Positions 28,487 through 39,108 of a DNA stretch of 64,000 bases are shown here, piece by piece. Positions within the stretch are counted from its first letter, which is position 1, and every line of letters begins with the position of its first letter. The translations under genes and the position numbers were made by a program. Under the pieces are notes generated by a model. It saw only the letters and a program-made list of their open reading frames with translations. It had not been told where the DNA came from and searched no databases. The stretch is from Candidatus Krumholzibacteriota bacterium (GTDB lineage: Bacteria > Krumholzibacteriota > Krumholzibacteriia > JAJRXK01), in the NCBI GenBank assembly GCA_963764625.1, contig CAVXTH010000005.1, positions 224,001-288,000 of the forward strand, given 5' to 3'.

Positions 28487-31400
28487 TTGGTCGCGTCCTT
28501 GCCCTGGAGTTCGTCCTGGATCCGCCGGAAATAGCGCCGCACCTCGTCCTGATATTCCCGCGGCGCCGCGTCGGGCGCGAGCCAGCGGCGTAGTTCGCGC
28601 TTGCGGTCCTCTCGCCCTTCGGACAGCTGGCTGCCCTCTTGATTCTGGTAGAGGTGCTCCGACTCCTTCGACTCGCGTCTCTTGGCGAAGTCCCGTTCGC
28701 GCACCGAGCGCTCGGCATCCAGCAGCCTGGAGAGGATTCGGTCCTGGAGCTGACGCGTTTCCGGATCGAGGCGCCCCGACTGGAGATTCTTGGCTGAGTG
28801 CTCCATGTCCTGCGAGAGCTTGCCGAGATCGCCCAGCACGCGTCGTTCGTCGTCGAGAGATTTGTGCAGTTCATCGAGCTGGCGGCGGATCTTCTCCTGC
28901 ATGGCGCGCATCCGCGCGAGCTGGCCTCTCTCCTGGGCGCTGAGTCCCTGCTGCATTCTCTGTTGCAGATCCTTCGTCATGGCGTTGAGACGCGATTGTT
29001 CTCCCGCCATTTCCTTCATTTGTTGCGATGCACTCGCGCCGCTGCCCGATCCCTGGCCTTGCTGCTCGGCCGAGGTCAAGAGCCCGATCACGATCTTGTT
29101 CATCATGCCCATGGAGGTCTCGGCCTCTTCGCGCGCCCGGCGCGGACGGGAATATTCCAGCTGATGAGTGGACGACTGCATGGTTTCCACCAGATCCCTC
29201 ATGCTTTCCAGCAGCTTCTCGCCGATCAGGAAGTTCTTCTTGGCGAGATCCTGCAGATCCTCCGAGAGCTTGGTGGCGCCGCGCGTCAGGCGCGCCTGTT
29301 CTCGAGTGATCGGCTGTACGCGTTGATCCCGGACCCCATCGTCCAACTGGCGCACCACGTGCTCCTGCTCAAAGCTCACGCGCAGCAAGTCGTAGGCGGT
29401 CTGTTGCAGTTTCTCGATGGCGAAGCTCTTGGTCGTCATCGTCATGCCGCTCTTGCCTTCGGCCAGGGTCTTGTAGAGGCTGATGAGCCGGTCCATTGCC
29501 TCCTGCATTTCCTTGGTGACTTGTTTTTGGTCACCGTTCTGCATCTGATCGCTCGCGTCCTTCATCGACTTGGAAGCCTTGCCGTCCTGATTCATCTGCT
29601 TCTGGGCGTCCTGCAGAGCGTCCTGCATCTCCTTCGCCGAGGGATCGTCGGCCTCTCCTGCGTCTCTCTGCTCCTTCAGGCGCTTCAGCTCTTCCTCCAG
29701 CCGCTTCTCGAGCTCCTGAGTCTGCTCGGAGAGTTTCTTTTGCAGACGCGCCAGGTCCTCTTGACTCAGCTTCGATGGGTCCCCGCTCTTGGCCTCAGAG
29801 CCCGACTTGGGCTGCGAAGCCTCCGCGCCAAGGGAATCCGCCCGCGAGGACTGCGAAGCGTCCGTACCGAGCGAATCCGCCTGCGAGGACTCGGCCTTGG
29901 GATTCATGGCGCGCCGCAGTTCTTCCTGACGGGAAAGAGCTTCCGCCGCCTCTTCCATCAGATCGTCCATCGCGTGCTCGCGTTCGAGTTTCCGCAGCAG
30001 CTCGATGCTTCGGTCGAGGCGTCGATTCCATTCCTCCTGGGCGGTGGCGGCATCTTCCATCGCCTGCTGCATCTCCGAGGGTGAAAGTTTGTCCATCGCC
30101 TTCTTCATCGCCTGCAGATAGCTGTCCAGGTTGGCGTCCTGGAGTTTTTCCAGGAGATTCTGGATGGTTTCCATTTTCTGCAGCATCTCGACGCTGCCCG
30201 AGTTGTTCTTCTGGAATTCCTCGAGCATCAAATTCATGCGCTGGGCCTCCTCCTGGGCCTTTTCACGGAATGCTCTCTGATCCTCGAGCGCTTTCTCGAT
30301 TTCCTGCTGCTTGGTCCAGTCCGGTTTGGGGTTCTTCAGCAGCTCCCGGCGGAGTCGATCCAGGTTCTCCTGCAACTCCTTGCCCTGATCGAGCATGCCC
30401 TTCAACTGATCGTTCTGTTGACTGCGTTCGCTTTGCTGGCCCTTTAGAACCTCCGCCACAGTGGGCAGACGCAGGTGTTGCACCAGACTTCGGGATCGTT
30501 GTCCTCCCACCAGCTCATCGTTGTCGACCGCCTCGAGGCAATAGCTCAAGACGTCTCCCGGAAAGAGCTGCACGTCTCCCAGATGCCAGGTGAAGGCCAG
30601 GGCGAGTTCCTTCGTGCCGGCGTCGATTTGCAGATCCTTGATCGCGTCGCTGCTCAGGTTCGGCTTGGCTTTCTCCACCAGACTGGACCGGCGCCAGTCC
30701 TGCTCGTCGGGAGTGCGGTAGAGAAGGTCGACCCGCCGCAGTCCGACGTCGTCGGCCGCGAGCCCTTCGACCTGGACCGTGAGATCGCGGTCGAGAGAGT
30801 ACTCGGGAGAGGGCGCGGTGAGTCGAACGCTGGGCGGTTCGTCGGGGATGGCGTTGAAGTGGTAGACGATGGCCGAATCGCCGCTGATTCCCTCTTTTCC
30901 CTCGAGCGCGAAGGAAAATGCCATGTCCGACTCCACCCGCAGGGTATCGCTGAATTCAGTGCCCGTGAGGGCGAGAGTGATCGCCGCGCCGTCGCCTTCC
31001 ATCACCCGTCGGGCGTTGCCCAGCGGCACGCTCGCCGTCCCCTTCAAGATGACGGTGGTGCCGGTGAGCACCGCGGTGGTGCCGCCGAGATCCTCTTTCT
31101 CCTCGATGGCAAGTCCGGTGTAGGCCGGGGGAATCAAGCGCGCCGCGAGAGCCCGCAGCACGGGACGTTCGCGGATTCGCACCTCGTGTGCCCGGGTGAG
31201 CAGTTCTCCCTTACGAAAGCGGTAGCGGAAGGGGTCCTTCACCTGCTCGACTCTCCCGCTGATTTCCAGGTAGGGGCTGCGCGAGGGATCAGGCGTGACA
31301 TCGACGGTCGGGAATTCCTGCCAGTAATCGCCCGTGTAGGAAACCAGCAAAACCACTGGCTCCTTGCCGCCGATGAGATCGCGCGCGTGCAGCTCCGCGT

Positions 31401-32052
31401 CGGCCCCCACCGGCAGGTCGAGATCTCCGGACACGGCATACAGTCCGTTCTGTGGAGGACGATGGGCCAGACGGGCCGGATGGGCCAGAGCGGCGAAGGA
31501 CTCGGCGATCTTCGAGGGAGTGGCCAGGGCCAGAACGAACCACAAAGCGAGGGCGAGGAGCGCCAGCAGAGTATGCCTCCCGACACCCACCAGGGGGATG
31601 CGGGGGGCCAAGGCCGTCGCCTCGGCCTCGACGCAGGCGCGGCGCAGAATCTCCTCGACCAGTTCCGGCGAGGCGCCGTCCGAGAGAGGATCCTCCTTGC
31701 GCGAGGAACTGAACTGAGTGGCCGTCTCGAGAAGATTGGCGTACTGCCCGTGGTGTTCGAGCTGGCGACTGAAGGCGCGGAGGTTGGCCAAGCGCCGTAG
31801 GGGCAAGAGCGCGCCGGAGACTCCCACCCACGCCAAGACGCAAAGCAACGCGCCCCACAGCAGAGCCGCGGCTTTGGGACCCATCTGCGACCAGACGGCA
31901 ACCGAGAAGACCGCGACCCCCAGAATGAGACCCGCAGCGCCGAGGAGCATCAGGAAACTGTTGCCGAGGATTCGCCAGCGCAGTCGTTTCAGCTCGACTC
32001 GCAATCGAGTCTTGAGACGCACCGAGGTCGCGCTTTGGGCCGTCGTCTTCAT
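28483..32052 (-). CDS. DUF4175-like large membrane-anchored coiled-coil protein
   Basis: N-terminal TM segments, PPAYTG, DEPPSV, ADDVGL, EAVDND, long Q/E/M-rich coiled coil, ILSRLLDAERSVRER...RES, EVRRYF. Confidence 0.75.
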   Translation of the reverse strand: MKTTAQSATSVRLKTRLRVELKRLRWRILGNSFLMLLGAAGLILGVAVFSVAVWSQMGPKAAALLWGALLCVLAWVGVSGALLPLRRLANLRAFSRQLEHHGQYANLLETATQFSSSRKEDPLSDGASPELVEEILRRACVEAEATALAPRIPLVGVGRHTLLALLALALWFVLALATPSKIAESFAALAHPARLAHRPPQNGLYAVSGDLDLPVGADAELHARDLIGGKEPVVLLVSYTGDYWQEFPTVDVTPDPSRSPYLEISGRVEQVKDPFRYRFRKGELLTRAHEVRIRERPVLRALAARLIPPAYTGLAIEEKEDLGGTTAVLTGTTVILKGTASVPLGNARRVMEGDGAAITLALTGTEFSDTLRVESDMAFSFALEGKEGISGDSAIVYHFNAIPDEPPSVRLTAPSPEYSLDRDLTVQVEGLAADDVGLRRVDLLYRTPDEQDWRRSSLVEKAKPNLSSDAIKDLQIDAGTKELALAFTWHLGDVQLFPGDVLSYCLEAVDNDELVGGQRSRSLVQHLRLPTVAEVLKGQQSERSQQNDQLKGMLDQGKELQENLDRLRRELLKNPKPDWTKQQEIEKALEDQRAFREKAQEEAQRMNLMLEEFQKNNSGSVEMLQKMETIQNLLEKLQDANLDSYLQAMKKAMDKLSPSEMQQAMEDAATAQEEWNRRLDRSIELLRKLEREHAMDDLMEEAAEALSRQEELRRAMNPKAESSQADSLGTDASQSSRADSLGAEASQPKSGSEAKSGDPSKLSQEDLARLQKKLSEQTQELEKRLEEELKRLKEQRDAGEADDPSAKEMQDALQDAQKQMNQDGKASKSMKDASDQMQNGDQKQVTKEMQEAMDRLISLYKTLAEGKSGMTMTTKSFAIEKLQQTAYDLLRVSFEQEHVVRQLDDGVRDQRVQPITREQARLTRGATKLSEDLQDLAKKNFLIGEKLLESMRDLVETMQSSTHQLEYSRPRRAREEAETSMGMMNKIVIGLLTSAEQQGQGSGSGASASQQMKEMAGEQSRLNAMTKDLQQRMQQGLSAQERGQLARMRAMQEKIRRQLDELHKSLDDERRVLGDLGKLSQDMEHSAKNLQSGRLDPETRQLQDRILSRLLDAERSVRERDFAKRRESKESEHLYQNQEGSQLSEGREDRKRELRRWLAPDAAPREYQDEVRRYFRRIQDELQGKDATK
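29812..29889. repeat. Imperfect 39-bp tandem duplication inside the DUF4175-like gene
   Basis: ctgcgaagcctccgcgccaagggaatccgcccgcgagga / ctgcgaagcgtccgtaccgagcgaatccgcctgcgagga, encoding SSQADSLGTDASQ / SSRADSLGAEASQ. Confidence 0.8.
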
Positions 32053-32066
32053 CCTTGGATGCGCTC

Positions 32067-32783
32067 CTAGGGCTGAGTCAATGCGTAGATGCAGACGTTG
32101 ATGGCCATCTTCATGGCCGCCTCGCGCTTCTGTGGGGGATCTCCATGCACGCTGGGATCTTCGAGGCCATCGCCGATGTCGCTGCTCCAGCTGTAGTAGA
32201 TCACCATCCTTCCGCCGCGAAAGAGTCCGAAACCCTGGGCGGGATCCCCATCGTGATAGTGGATCTTCGGTAAACCGGGCAGGGAGTAATACGCCCGGTA
32301 GATCGGGTGTTTGCTGCTCAAGGGCACCAGCTCGTCGTCGGGATAGAGCTGGGCCACCGTGCGCCGGAACGAGCGGTCGAAACCGTAGTTGTCATCCACC
32401 CACAGGAAACCGCCCGCATCGAGGTAACGGCGCAGGCGCGCGAGGTCTTCCTGCGAGAGCGCGATGGTGCCGTGGCCGGTGGCGTACATGAAAGGATGCG
32501 AGTAGAGACGCTCGTCGTCCAGGGTCACCGTGACCTCTTCCTCGGTGGTGGGCAAGCCGGTGCGCACGCGCAGCTGCTCGAGCAGATTCGGGAGCGAACT
32601 GGGGTCGGAATACCAATCTCCCCCGCCGGTGTAGTGCAAACGCGCCACCGTGAACTGCCCGAGATGCTCGGGAGCTGAGGGATCGTCGATCGCCGCTCCC
32701 GCCGGCGCGGCGGCGATGAGCGACCAAAGCAGGCAGACTCCCCCCACCCAATTGCGGAGCCGGAAAGAGAGAGGTCGTGGCAT
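32067..32783 (-). CDS. DUF4159 domain-containing exported protein
   Basis: ARLHYTGGGDWYSDPSSLPNL, PFMYATGHG, GGFLWVDDNYG, LPKIHYHDG, SDIGDGLED; signal peptide; start uncertain. Confidence 0.88.
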   Translation of the reverse strand: MPRPLSFRLRNWVGGVCLLWSLIAAAPAGAAIDDPSAPEHLGQFTVARLHYTGGGDWYSDPSSLPNLLEQLRVRTGLPTTEEEVTVTLDDERLYSHPFMYATGHGTIALSQEDLARLRRYLDAGGFLWVDDNYGFDRSFRRTVAQLYPDDELVPLSSKHPIYRAYYSLPGLPKIHYHDGDPAQGFGLFRGGRMVIYYSWSSDIGDGLEDPSVHGDPPQKREAAMKMAINVCIYALTQP

Positions 32784-32883
32784 CAGCTCTCCAGTGGGCG
32801 CCCCGGTCCCGGGGGTGTCAGGGCCATAGAGGGGAAATTCCCTCTCCATACCCTTACGAAGGACCGTCTGTTCCAGCCAACCC

Positions 32884-35800
32884 CTACCCCTGAGTTGGAT
32901 AGTAGCGCGGCAGCTCCACCACGGCGGCGGCGCCCTGATGGTCGCTCCGATTGGCCAGATGGATGCGTCCGCCCATCTTTTCGGTGAGATTCCGGCAAAT
33001 GACCAGACCCAGCCCGGTGCCATAGCTCTTGGTGGAAAAATAGGCGTCGAAGAGGCGTTCCTCGGCCTCGGGAGAGATCCCAGGGCCCTCGTCGACGACC
33101 TCGAGCTGGATCCTCTCACCCGCCACCGAGGCGGTGATCTCCACTTTCCCGGTTTCGCCCATGGCCTGCCAGGCATTCTCCACCAGGTTCGTGAGGATCT
33201 TCAGCATCGCCTCGCGGTTGGCGAGTACGTGGAGTCCTTCCCCGCCGTGGATCCGCAGCTCGTGGCTCCCATCCGGCGAGGGATACAGCAGAAAAACTTC
33301 GTGCAACAGGTCGCCCAGCTCGACAGCCTCCAGCTCGGGCAGATCGGGACGGCCGAGCAGACTGAACTCCGAGGCGATCTCGCGAAGGCGTTGCACCTGA
33401 CGCTCGATCTGCTCGACGCTGTCATCGACGATCTGTAGTTTCCGCGGATGGTCGTCGTGGCACGCCTGCCTCACCATCTGTGCCGCGAGCTGAATGGGCG
33501 TCAGGGGATTCTTCACTTCGTGCGCCACCTGCCGCGCCATCTCGGCGTAGAGGGCCAGACGGCGGCTCGAAAGCAGTTCGGTCACGTCGTCGAAGAGTAC
33601 CAGCCAGCCCGCATTTCCCGCCTCGAGTTGAATGGGAGAAATGACGGCCCGCAGAGTTCGGGGAGCATCGTCACCGGTGAGCACCACCTCGGTGGAATTG
33701 GTCTCGGCCAAGAGTTCCTGCCCTCTCAGTTGCGCCAGGAGTTCTTTCTTCTCCGCTTCCCCGAGCTTCCGCGCCGCCGGATTCGACTCCACGACGCCAA
33801 GCTCCGTGTCCAAGACGAGCACTCCCGCGCTCAAGCCACCCAACATGGCTTCCAGAAACGATCGGCGCGCGGCCAAACTGCGTTGGCTCTGCTCCAACTC
33901 CCGGGTCATCAAATTGAAGGAATGGGTGAGCTCACCGATTTCGTCGTCGCCCTTTTCCGGCAAGCGCACGTCGAGCTCTCCCGCTCCAACCCGACGGGTT
34001 GCGCCCAAGAGCACCAGAATGGGGTTGACGGTGCGCGCGGCGAGGTACAGGCCCGCCGCGGTAGCCAGGAGAAACGCGAGCGAGGAAAGCCCGAACAGAA
34101 AGAGATAGCTGCGCCGTTGTTCGAGGGCGGCCACCGTGGCTTGGGTGAAGAGCCGGCCCGCCAGTACCCCGCGGCGCTTTTCGCCCGGTCCCGGCACGAT
34201 GGTGTAGGCGCGTGCCACCACCAGTCCCTGGCCCGGCTCGGTGGTAACGTAGCGAGGACTGCCACCACGACGCAGAAGACGCTGCGCATCGGCCGGAAGC
34301 ACGGGAACGATGAGGCCGGCTTTGAACAGATCGTCCCGGCTGCTGACCACTGCCCACGCCCCGTCGAAGAGCGTGAGATCGGCTCCCACCGTGCGCGCGA
34401 CTCGCCCAAGATCATCGTCCTCGATCCGGCGCCTCAGATAGATGGAGTAGGTTTGATTCTCCGTCCCCGGTTCCTGATAGAGGCGGCCGAGGTACCAACC
34501 GGTGGAATCGTCTTCGAGAATCAACACCGCGCCGGAGAGAAGTTGCAGGAGACGGTGCTCCTGGGTGGGAAGAAGTTCGCGGCCGCTTTCGTCGTAGATC
34601 ACCTCCCCGGAGGGATCGAAGATGGTGGCCTGATCGCGCTCCTCGCCAGCGACCGAGGTCTGCTCCCCCAGCTCGCCCGTGGCCAAGAGAGTGTGGATGG
34701 GACCGGAGTCCATCCGTACCCGCAGAGCGTCGTCCAGGCCGTTCGCCAAAAGCCGCAAGCGCGGTGTCCAGACGACGCGTGACCTCTTCCATGTTCGAAC
34801 GACGCAGGTTTGCCGACGCCCTGCGACTCTGGAACACCCCGAACACGATCACCGGCAACAGCACGAGCACGACCATGGCGCCCAGCAGCCGTTCCTGGTA
34901 ACCCAACCGGCCCAGGGATGAGGGCCAACTCGAGCTTCCTGGACGCAGGGCCACCGCCACGAGCAGGCACATGAGGCCCAGGGCGCCGGCGACGAGATAG
35001 AGCGCGACCAGGCGTGTGGCGTCCAGCAACCTCTCGTTGGCCGTGGGAAGCGCGAACGCCACCACGAGCTTCTCGCCGTCTTCCCCCACGATCCGCGCCT
35101 GGTAGGGAGTGCCCTTGCGTCGGACCTGGCGCCAGGAACCATCCTCGGCCAGGGCGGACACCGGAAGTCCCACCAGCACCGGATCGGTGGCGGCGATCAC
35201 CGTCTTTTCCCCCATCCGCCCCATGATGACCGGCTGCTCGAACTCCTGGCGGGGAGAGAGCAGGTCCCGTCCGGTGGCGAAGCCTAGGGCACTCGGGCCG
35301 CCGGTGGGTTTGAAGTCGACCGGCGCCGCCGGATCGGTGGTCCCGTAGGGCAAGTCGACGCGGAGCCAACTTGCGTCGCCGTTGGGGAAGAAATACTTCA
35401 GGTCCAGCCAACCGCGGTACACGAGGAAGGTGCCGCGCGCACTCTGGACTTGCACCGTGCTTCACCCCGAAGGGCTCCTCTCCGATCGGCCTTAAGGAGG
35501 GTATGACCACCGGCTGCGCCTGGTAGGGCAGACCCAGATCGAAGTCGCTCAGCACCTTTCCCTTCGCATCGAGCAACACGATGTGCGAGCCGTAGCCCAG
35601 GGCGCTGAGACTGCTGCTACTCGCCCACAACTCGAACGCGACGTTGCTGCGATCGAGATTCGGATCGGCCAGCCGGCGTAGTTGGACATTGTCCTGCGAG
35701 AGTTCGCGCAATAGCTCTTCCACTAGAACTCTCCGCCAGTTGTCCCTGGGATGCAGACGGTCCAGCGCGCGCTCGGTGGCCACCGTCTCCTTCAGCCCGC

Positions 35801-37445
35801 GGTAGACCTGGCGCAGTCCTTCCGCCTGCGCCGCGCTCAACCACAAAATGAGACCCAAGGCCGCGACCACGCGTACCGAGAAGGAGGGATGCTGCATGGC
35901 CCGCGAAACCGAAACCGCCAGGATCGGCAGGAGGAAAGCCCAGAAAGCGCGCGAGCTACCGCCGCCAAAGAGGAGAACCGCCACGGCCAGCAGCAGGCCC
36001 GCCGCCAGGGCCAACAGGTGCCGGGAGCGAAAGCCGCGCAGCCAACGCTCCCAGCCCAGAAACACGAAGCCCACCGGAGCCAACAGGGCGAGTAGCATGG
36101 CCCAGTGGAGCACTTGGAACGGAAAGGTGAAGAAGGGCGCGTCCAGACCGATGAGTTTGGGATTGGCATTCTGGGCCACGACTCGCTGGAGAGAGTAGAC
36201 CCAAGCCATGGCGCCGCCGCTGAACATGAGGAGAAGAATCATCCCCGTCCACTTGCGCGCCTTCGATTCTCCTTCGCGCAGGAAGTACAACCACGAAGGC
36301 AAGAGCAGCAACAACAACAGCGCCAAGGCCAAAGAGGATACGAAGAAGTCGAGCACGCTGCGCAGAAAACCGAAGCCCCAGGTGGTTGCGAAGTAGGCCG
36401 GTTCCAGAAGCCAATGCATGGGTCCGTGCTCGGTCGCGAACGCGAGATGCAATACCTGCGCGCGATCGATTCCAAAGCGGAACAGAAGCAGCAGCACGCA
36501 CAGGATCGCCGCCGTCAGCACGCTCTTCCGATCGACGCGCCTCCCACTCCAGCCGCGCCAGGCAAGGGTGGTGGCGAAGAGGAACGCGGTGAGCAGAAGG
36601 ATGGCGAGAGAGCGACCCTCGTGTTCGAGGACCATCCGCCTCTCCTCGCGCGCGCCGGGCGCCGTGAGAATCACCCACGCCCAGGGGTCCTGCTCGGGAA
36701 CGGCGACGACGCGCTGCAGAGAGCCGGTGATCTCCTCTGCATTGGGGGGAGAGGCCCTCAGGCTCACTTCCAGTCCGGTCTTGCCCGAAAGCAGACGACC
36801 CGGATCGATGCCGACTCCGAGGCGGGGAAAGAGTTCCCTGGTGATCCCCAGGCTCACGTCCAGGTAGGTCACCTGCCCCAGGGAGTCCTGCGCGGAGACG
36901 GTGAGATAGCGCCGGAATCCGTGATCGACGAGCAACGGCCGTGGGCCGGGCGGTACTCGCTCGGGACCCGGCACCTGACCCGCCCAATCGACGATGTGGC
37001 CATCTTCCCAACGGGAGATTCCGATTTCCAGGTCCAAGGAAGCCAGGCGGAGCGAGCGCGACAAGAGCTGCAGGTCAGCATCCGGGAGCAATGCCTGTTG
37101 TGCCCGGGCCCGGGCATTTCTCTCCAATTCCAAAAGAGAGGCGCGAACCCGTTCGGCGCCGGTGTCCAGTCGCGTTCGCGCGAGTCTGAGCCACACCGCG
37201 TCTTCACGCGAGGCGACGCTCGACAGCCTCAGACCCATGAAGGAAGCGAGCAGGAGCAGCGCGACCAGGGTGAATTTGAGGAGCATGGTTCCGCGCGGTA
37301 TTCTCTTGCGGCCGCGCAGCCACGAGAGCGCCGCCAGCATGCTGAAGACGAGGGCGGCGGCCGGCCAGGCCACCACCTCACCCGTAGTGGAGAGAAGAAG
37401 GGCGCCGAGAGCAAGGACGACCCAAAGGGGAAAGGTTCGCACCAT
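32884..37445 (-). CDS. Giant multi-pass NtrY-like sensor histidine kinase (about 1520 aa reconstructed), split by frameshifts near 35460 and 34759
   Basis: Three overlapping ORFs (34599..37445, 34412..35455, 32884..34758). The last has HAMP (DEIGELTHSFN), PAS-like, MARQVAHEVKNPLTP, NLVENA, DEGPG, YFSTK, GTGLGL; the first has many TM helices. Confidence 0.78.
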
Positions 37446-37476
37446 CAGTAGCTCACTCCGCGGCTCCTACCTTCGC

Positions 37477-38016
37477 TCAGGGAAGAGCGCGTAATTCAGC
37501 CACTCGCCAATCGCGTTCCGCCCTCCGGAGACTGATATAGAACCGGCGCACGCTTGAATTGTCCAATTCTACTTCCAGAACGCCGTGAGCGTTGTCAGGG
37601 TCCTCGAATTCCTGAGGACACTGACACTCGGTCTTCTCGACCGAGTGCTGTGCGAGGAATGCTTTCCACAAGTAGAACACCTGTTGGTGGCTGCGCAGGG
37701 GTTCCTCGTCTTCGGCGGAGGTGCCGCTTCTCGGAGGATCGAGCTGGAAGAGGATGTCGTCCTCGTCCATGAGAGCCGTCGCCTTCTCCGCGTTTCCCTC
37801 GGTCAGAGCCACGCCGAGTTCGCGGAAGGTCTTTTCGGCCGCCACGGCCAGAGGACGCAACTCGGGCGCCATCTTCCTGGTGGGCGCAGTCACGCGCCGA
37901 AGGGGGGCGCTGTCGCGCCGCGTCACTTTGGCCTCTTTCGTTTGCGCCGCGGCGAGGGTGGGCAGAAGGAGCAGGGCGCACAGAGGGAGCGCGGTCGTTC
38001 GATGGGAGCGGAGCAT
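37477..38016 (-). CDS. Exported hypothetical protein (possibly DUF4783/NTF2-like)
   Basis: Signal peptide LCALLLLPTLAAA/Q; GGAGG SD; C-terminal W..AELR strand. Confidence 0.6.
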   Translation of the reverse strand: MLRSHRTTALPLCALLLLPTLAAAQTKEAKVTRRDSAPLRRVTAPTRKMAPELRPLAVAAEKTFRELGVALTEGNAEKATALMDEDDILFQLDPPRSGTSAEDEEPLRSHQQVFYLWKAFLAQHSVEKTECQCPQEFEDPDNAHGVLEVELDNSSVRRFYISLRRAERDWRVAELRALP

Positions 38017-38106
38017 GGGCCCTCCACGGATGGAAGTGACGGGGCGGCTTCAAGAGAATAGCATTCCCGCACCGCAGTGGACACTGCTTCGCCGAATTTG
38101 GGCACG

Positions 38107-38140
38107 AAAAGGGCCGCCCCGAGTTCTCGAAGCGGCCTCT
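38107..38140 (-). terminator. Intrinsic terminator after secF
   Basis: Minus strand GGCCGCTTCGAG-AA-CTCGGGGCGGCC followed by CTTTT. Confidence 0.7.
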
Positions 38141-38162
38141 TGAAGCGAGCGGAAGGAAGCTC

Positions 38163-39095
38163 TCAGGCCAAGGCGCCGCGCTTTCCCCGCTTACGATCGG
38201 ATGAGCGCCACCGATACCACAGAATTACCAGTGGGCTCGCCACGTAGATCGAGGAATAGGTACCCACGACCACCCCGACCGTCAAGGCGAACGCGAAATC
38301 GTGGATCACCGCGCCGCCGATCAGGTACAGAATGAAGGCCACGAAGACTGTGGTCAAAGAAGTGATGATCGTGCGACTGAGAGTCTCGTTGATGCTGCGA
38401 TTGACCACCTCTTCGTAGCTCTCCTTGCGCCGCAGCCGCATGTTTTCGCGAATACGGTCGAAGACGACGATGGTGTCGTTCAGGGAGTACCCGATGATGG
38501 TCAAGAACGCGGCTACGATACTCAGACTGATCTCCTTGTTCATCAACGAGAAGAGTCCGAGAGTGATCAGGACATCGTGCACCAAGGTGAGCACCGCTGC
38601 CAAGCCGAAGTGGAACACGAAGCGGAAGGTGATGTAGATCACGATGAGAATCAGGGATACGAAGATGGCATTAGTGGCGCCCTTGCGCAGCTCCTCCCCG
38701 ATCTTCGGTCCCACCGTCTCCTCGCGGCGAAGCTCGACCTTGTTGTCGGGAAGAGCTTTCGCGAGGACTCCCTGCACCGTCTGGTGATCTCCGGTCACGG
38801 CCTGCGCATCATCCAACTTGTCCACGTAGATGAGAACCTCCTCCGGACCGCCGAAGGTCGTCACCTGAGACACCTTGATCCCGCTGGCCTGGAGCGCGCT
38901 GCGAACCTGGGACACCTGCGGAGCCGGCGTGATGCGGACCTCGACGATGGAGCCGCCCCGGAAGTCGATGGACAGAAGGGGCCCGTGCTTCACGATCAAG
39001 GAGACGACACCCGCCAGGATCAGCGCGAGGGAGATTGCGGCTGCAATCTTCTTCTTCCCCAAGAAATCGATGTGCTTATTGGTCAAAAACTGCAT
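38163..39095 (-). CDS. secF: Protein translocase subunit SecF
   Basis: IDFRGG, VGPKIGEEL, LVHDVL, IIGYSLNDTIVVFDRIRE, GTYSSIYVA. Confidence 0.96.
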   Translation of the reverse strand: MQFLTNKHIDFLGKKKIAAAISLALILAGVVSLIVKHGPLLSIDFRGGSIVEVRITPAPQVSQVRSALQASGIKVSQVTTFGGPEEVLIYVDKLDDAQAVTGDHQTVQGVLAKALPDNKVELRREETVGPKIGEELRKGATNAIFVSLILIVIYITFRFVFHFGLAAVLTLVHDVLITLGLFSLMNKEISLSIVAAFLTIIGYSLNDTIVVFDRIRENMRLRRKESYEEVVNRSINETLSRTIITSLTTVFVAFILYLIGGAVIHDFAFALTVGVVVGTYSSIYVASPLVILWYRWRSSDRKRGKRGALA

Positions 39096-39108
39096 GGTAG
39101 CCGTCCCC

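Noticed and set aside
29812-29889. CRISPR-like or mobile repeat
   Set aside because: Only two adjacent in-frame copies with no spacer; an intragenic tandem duplication
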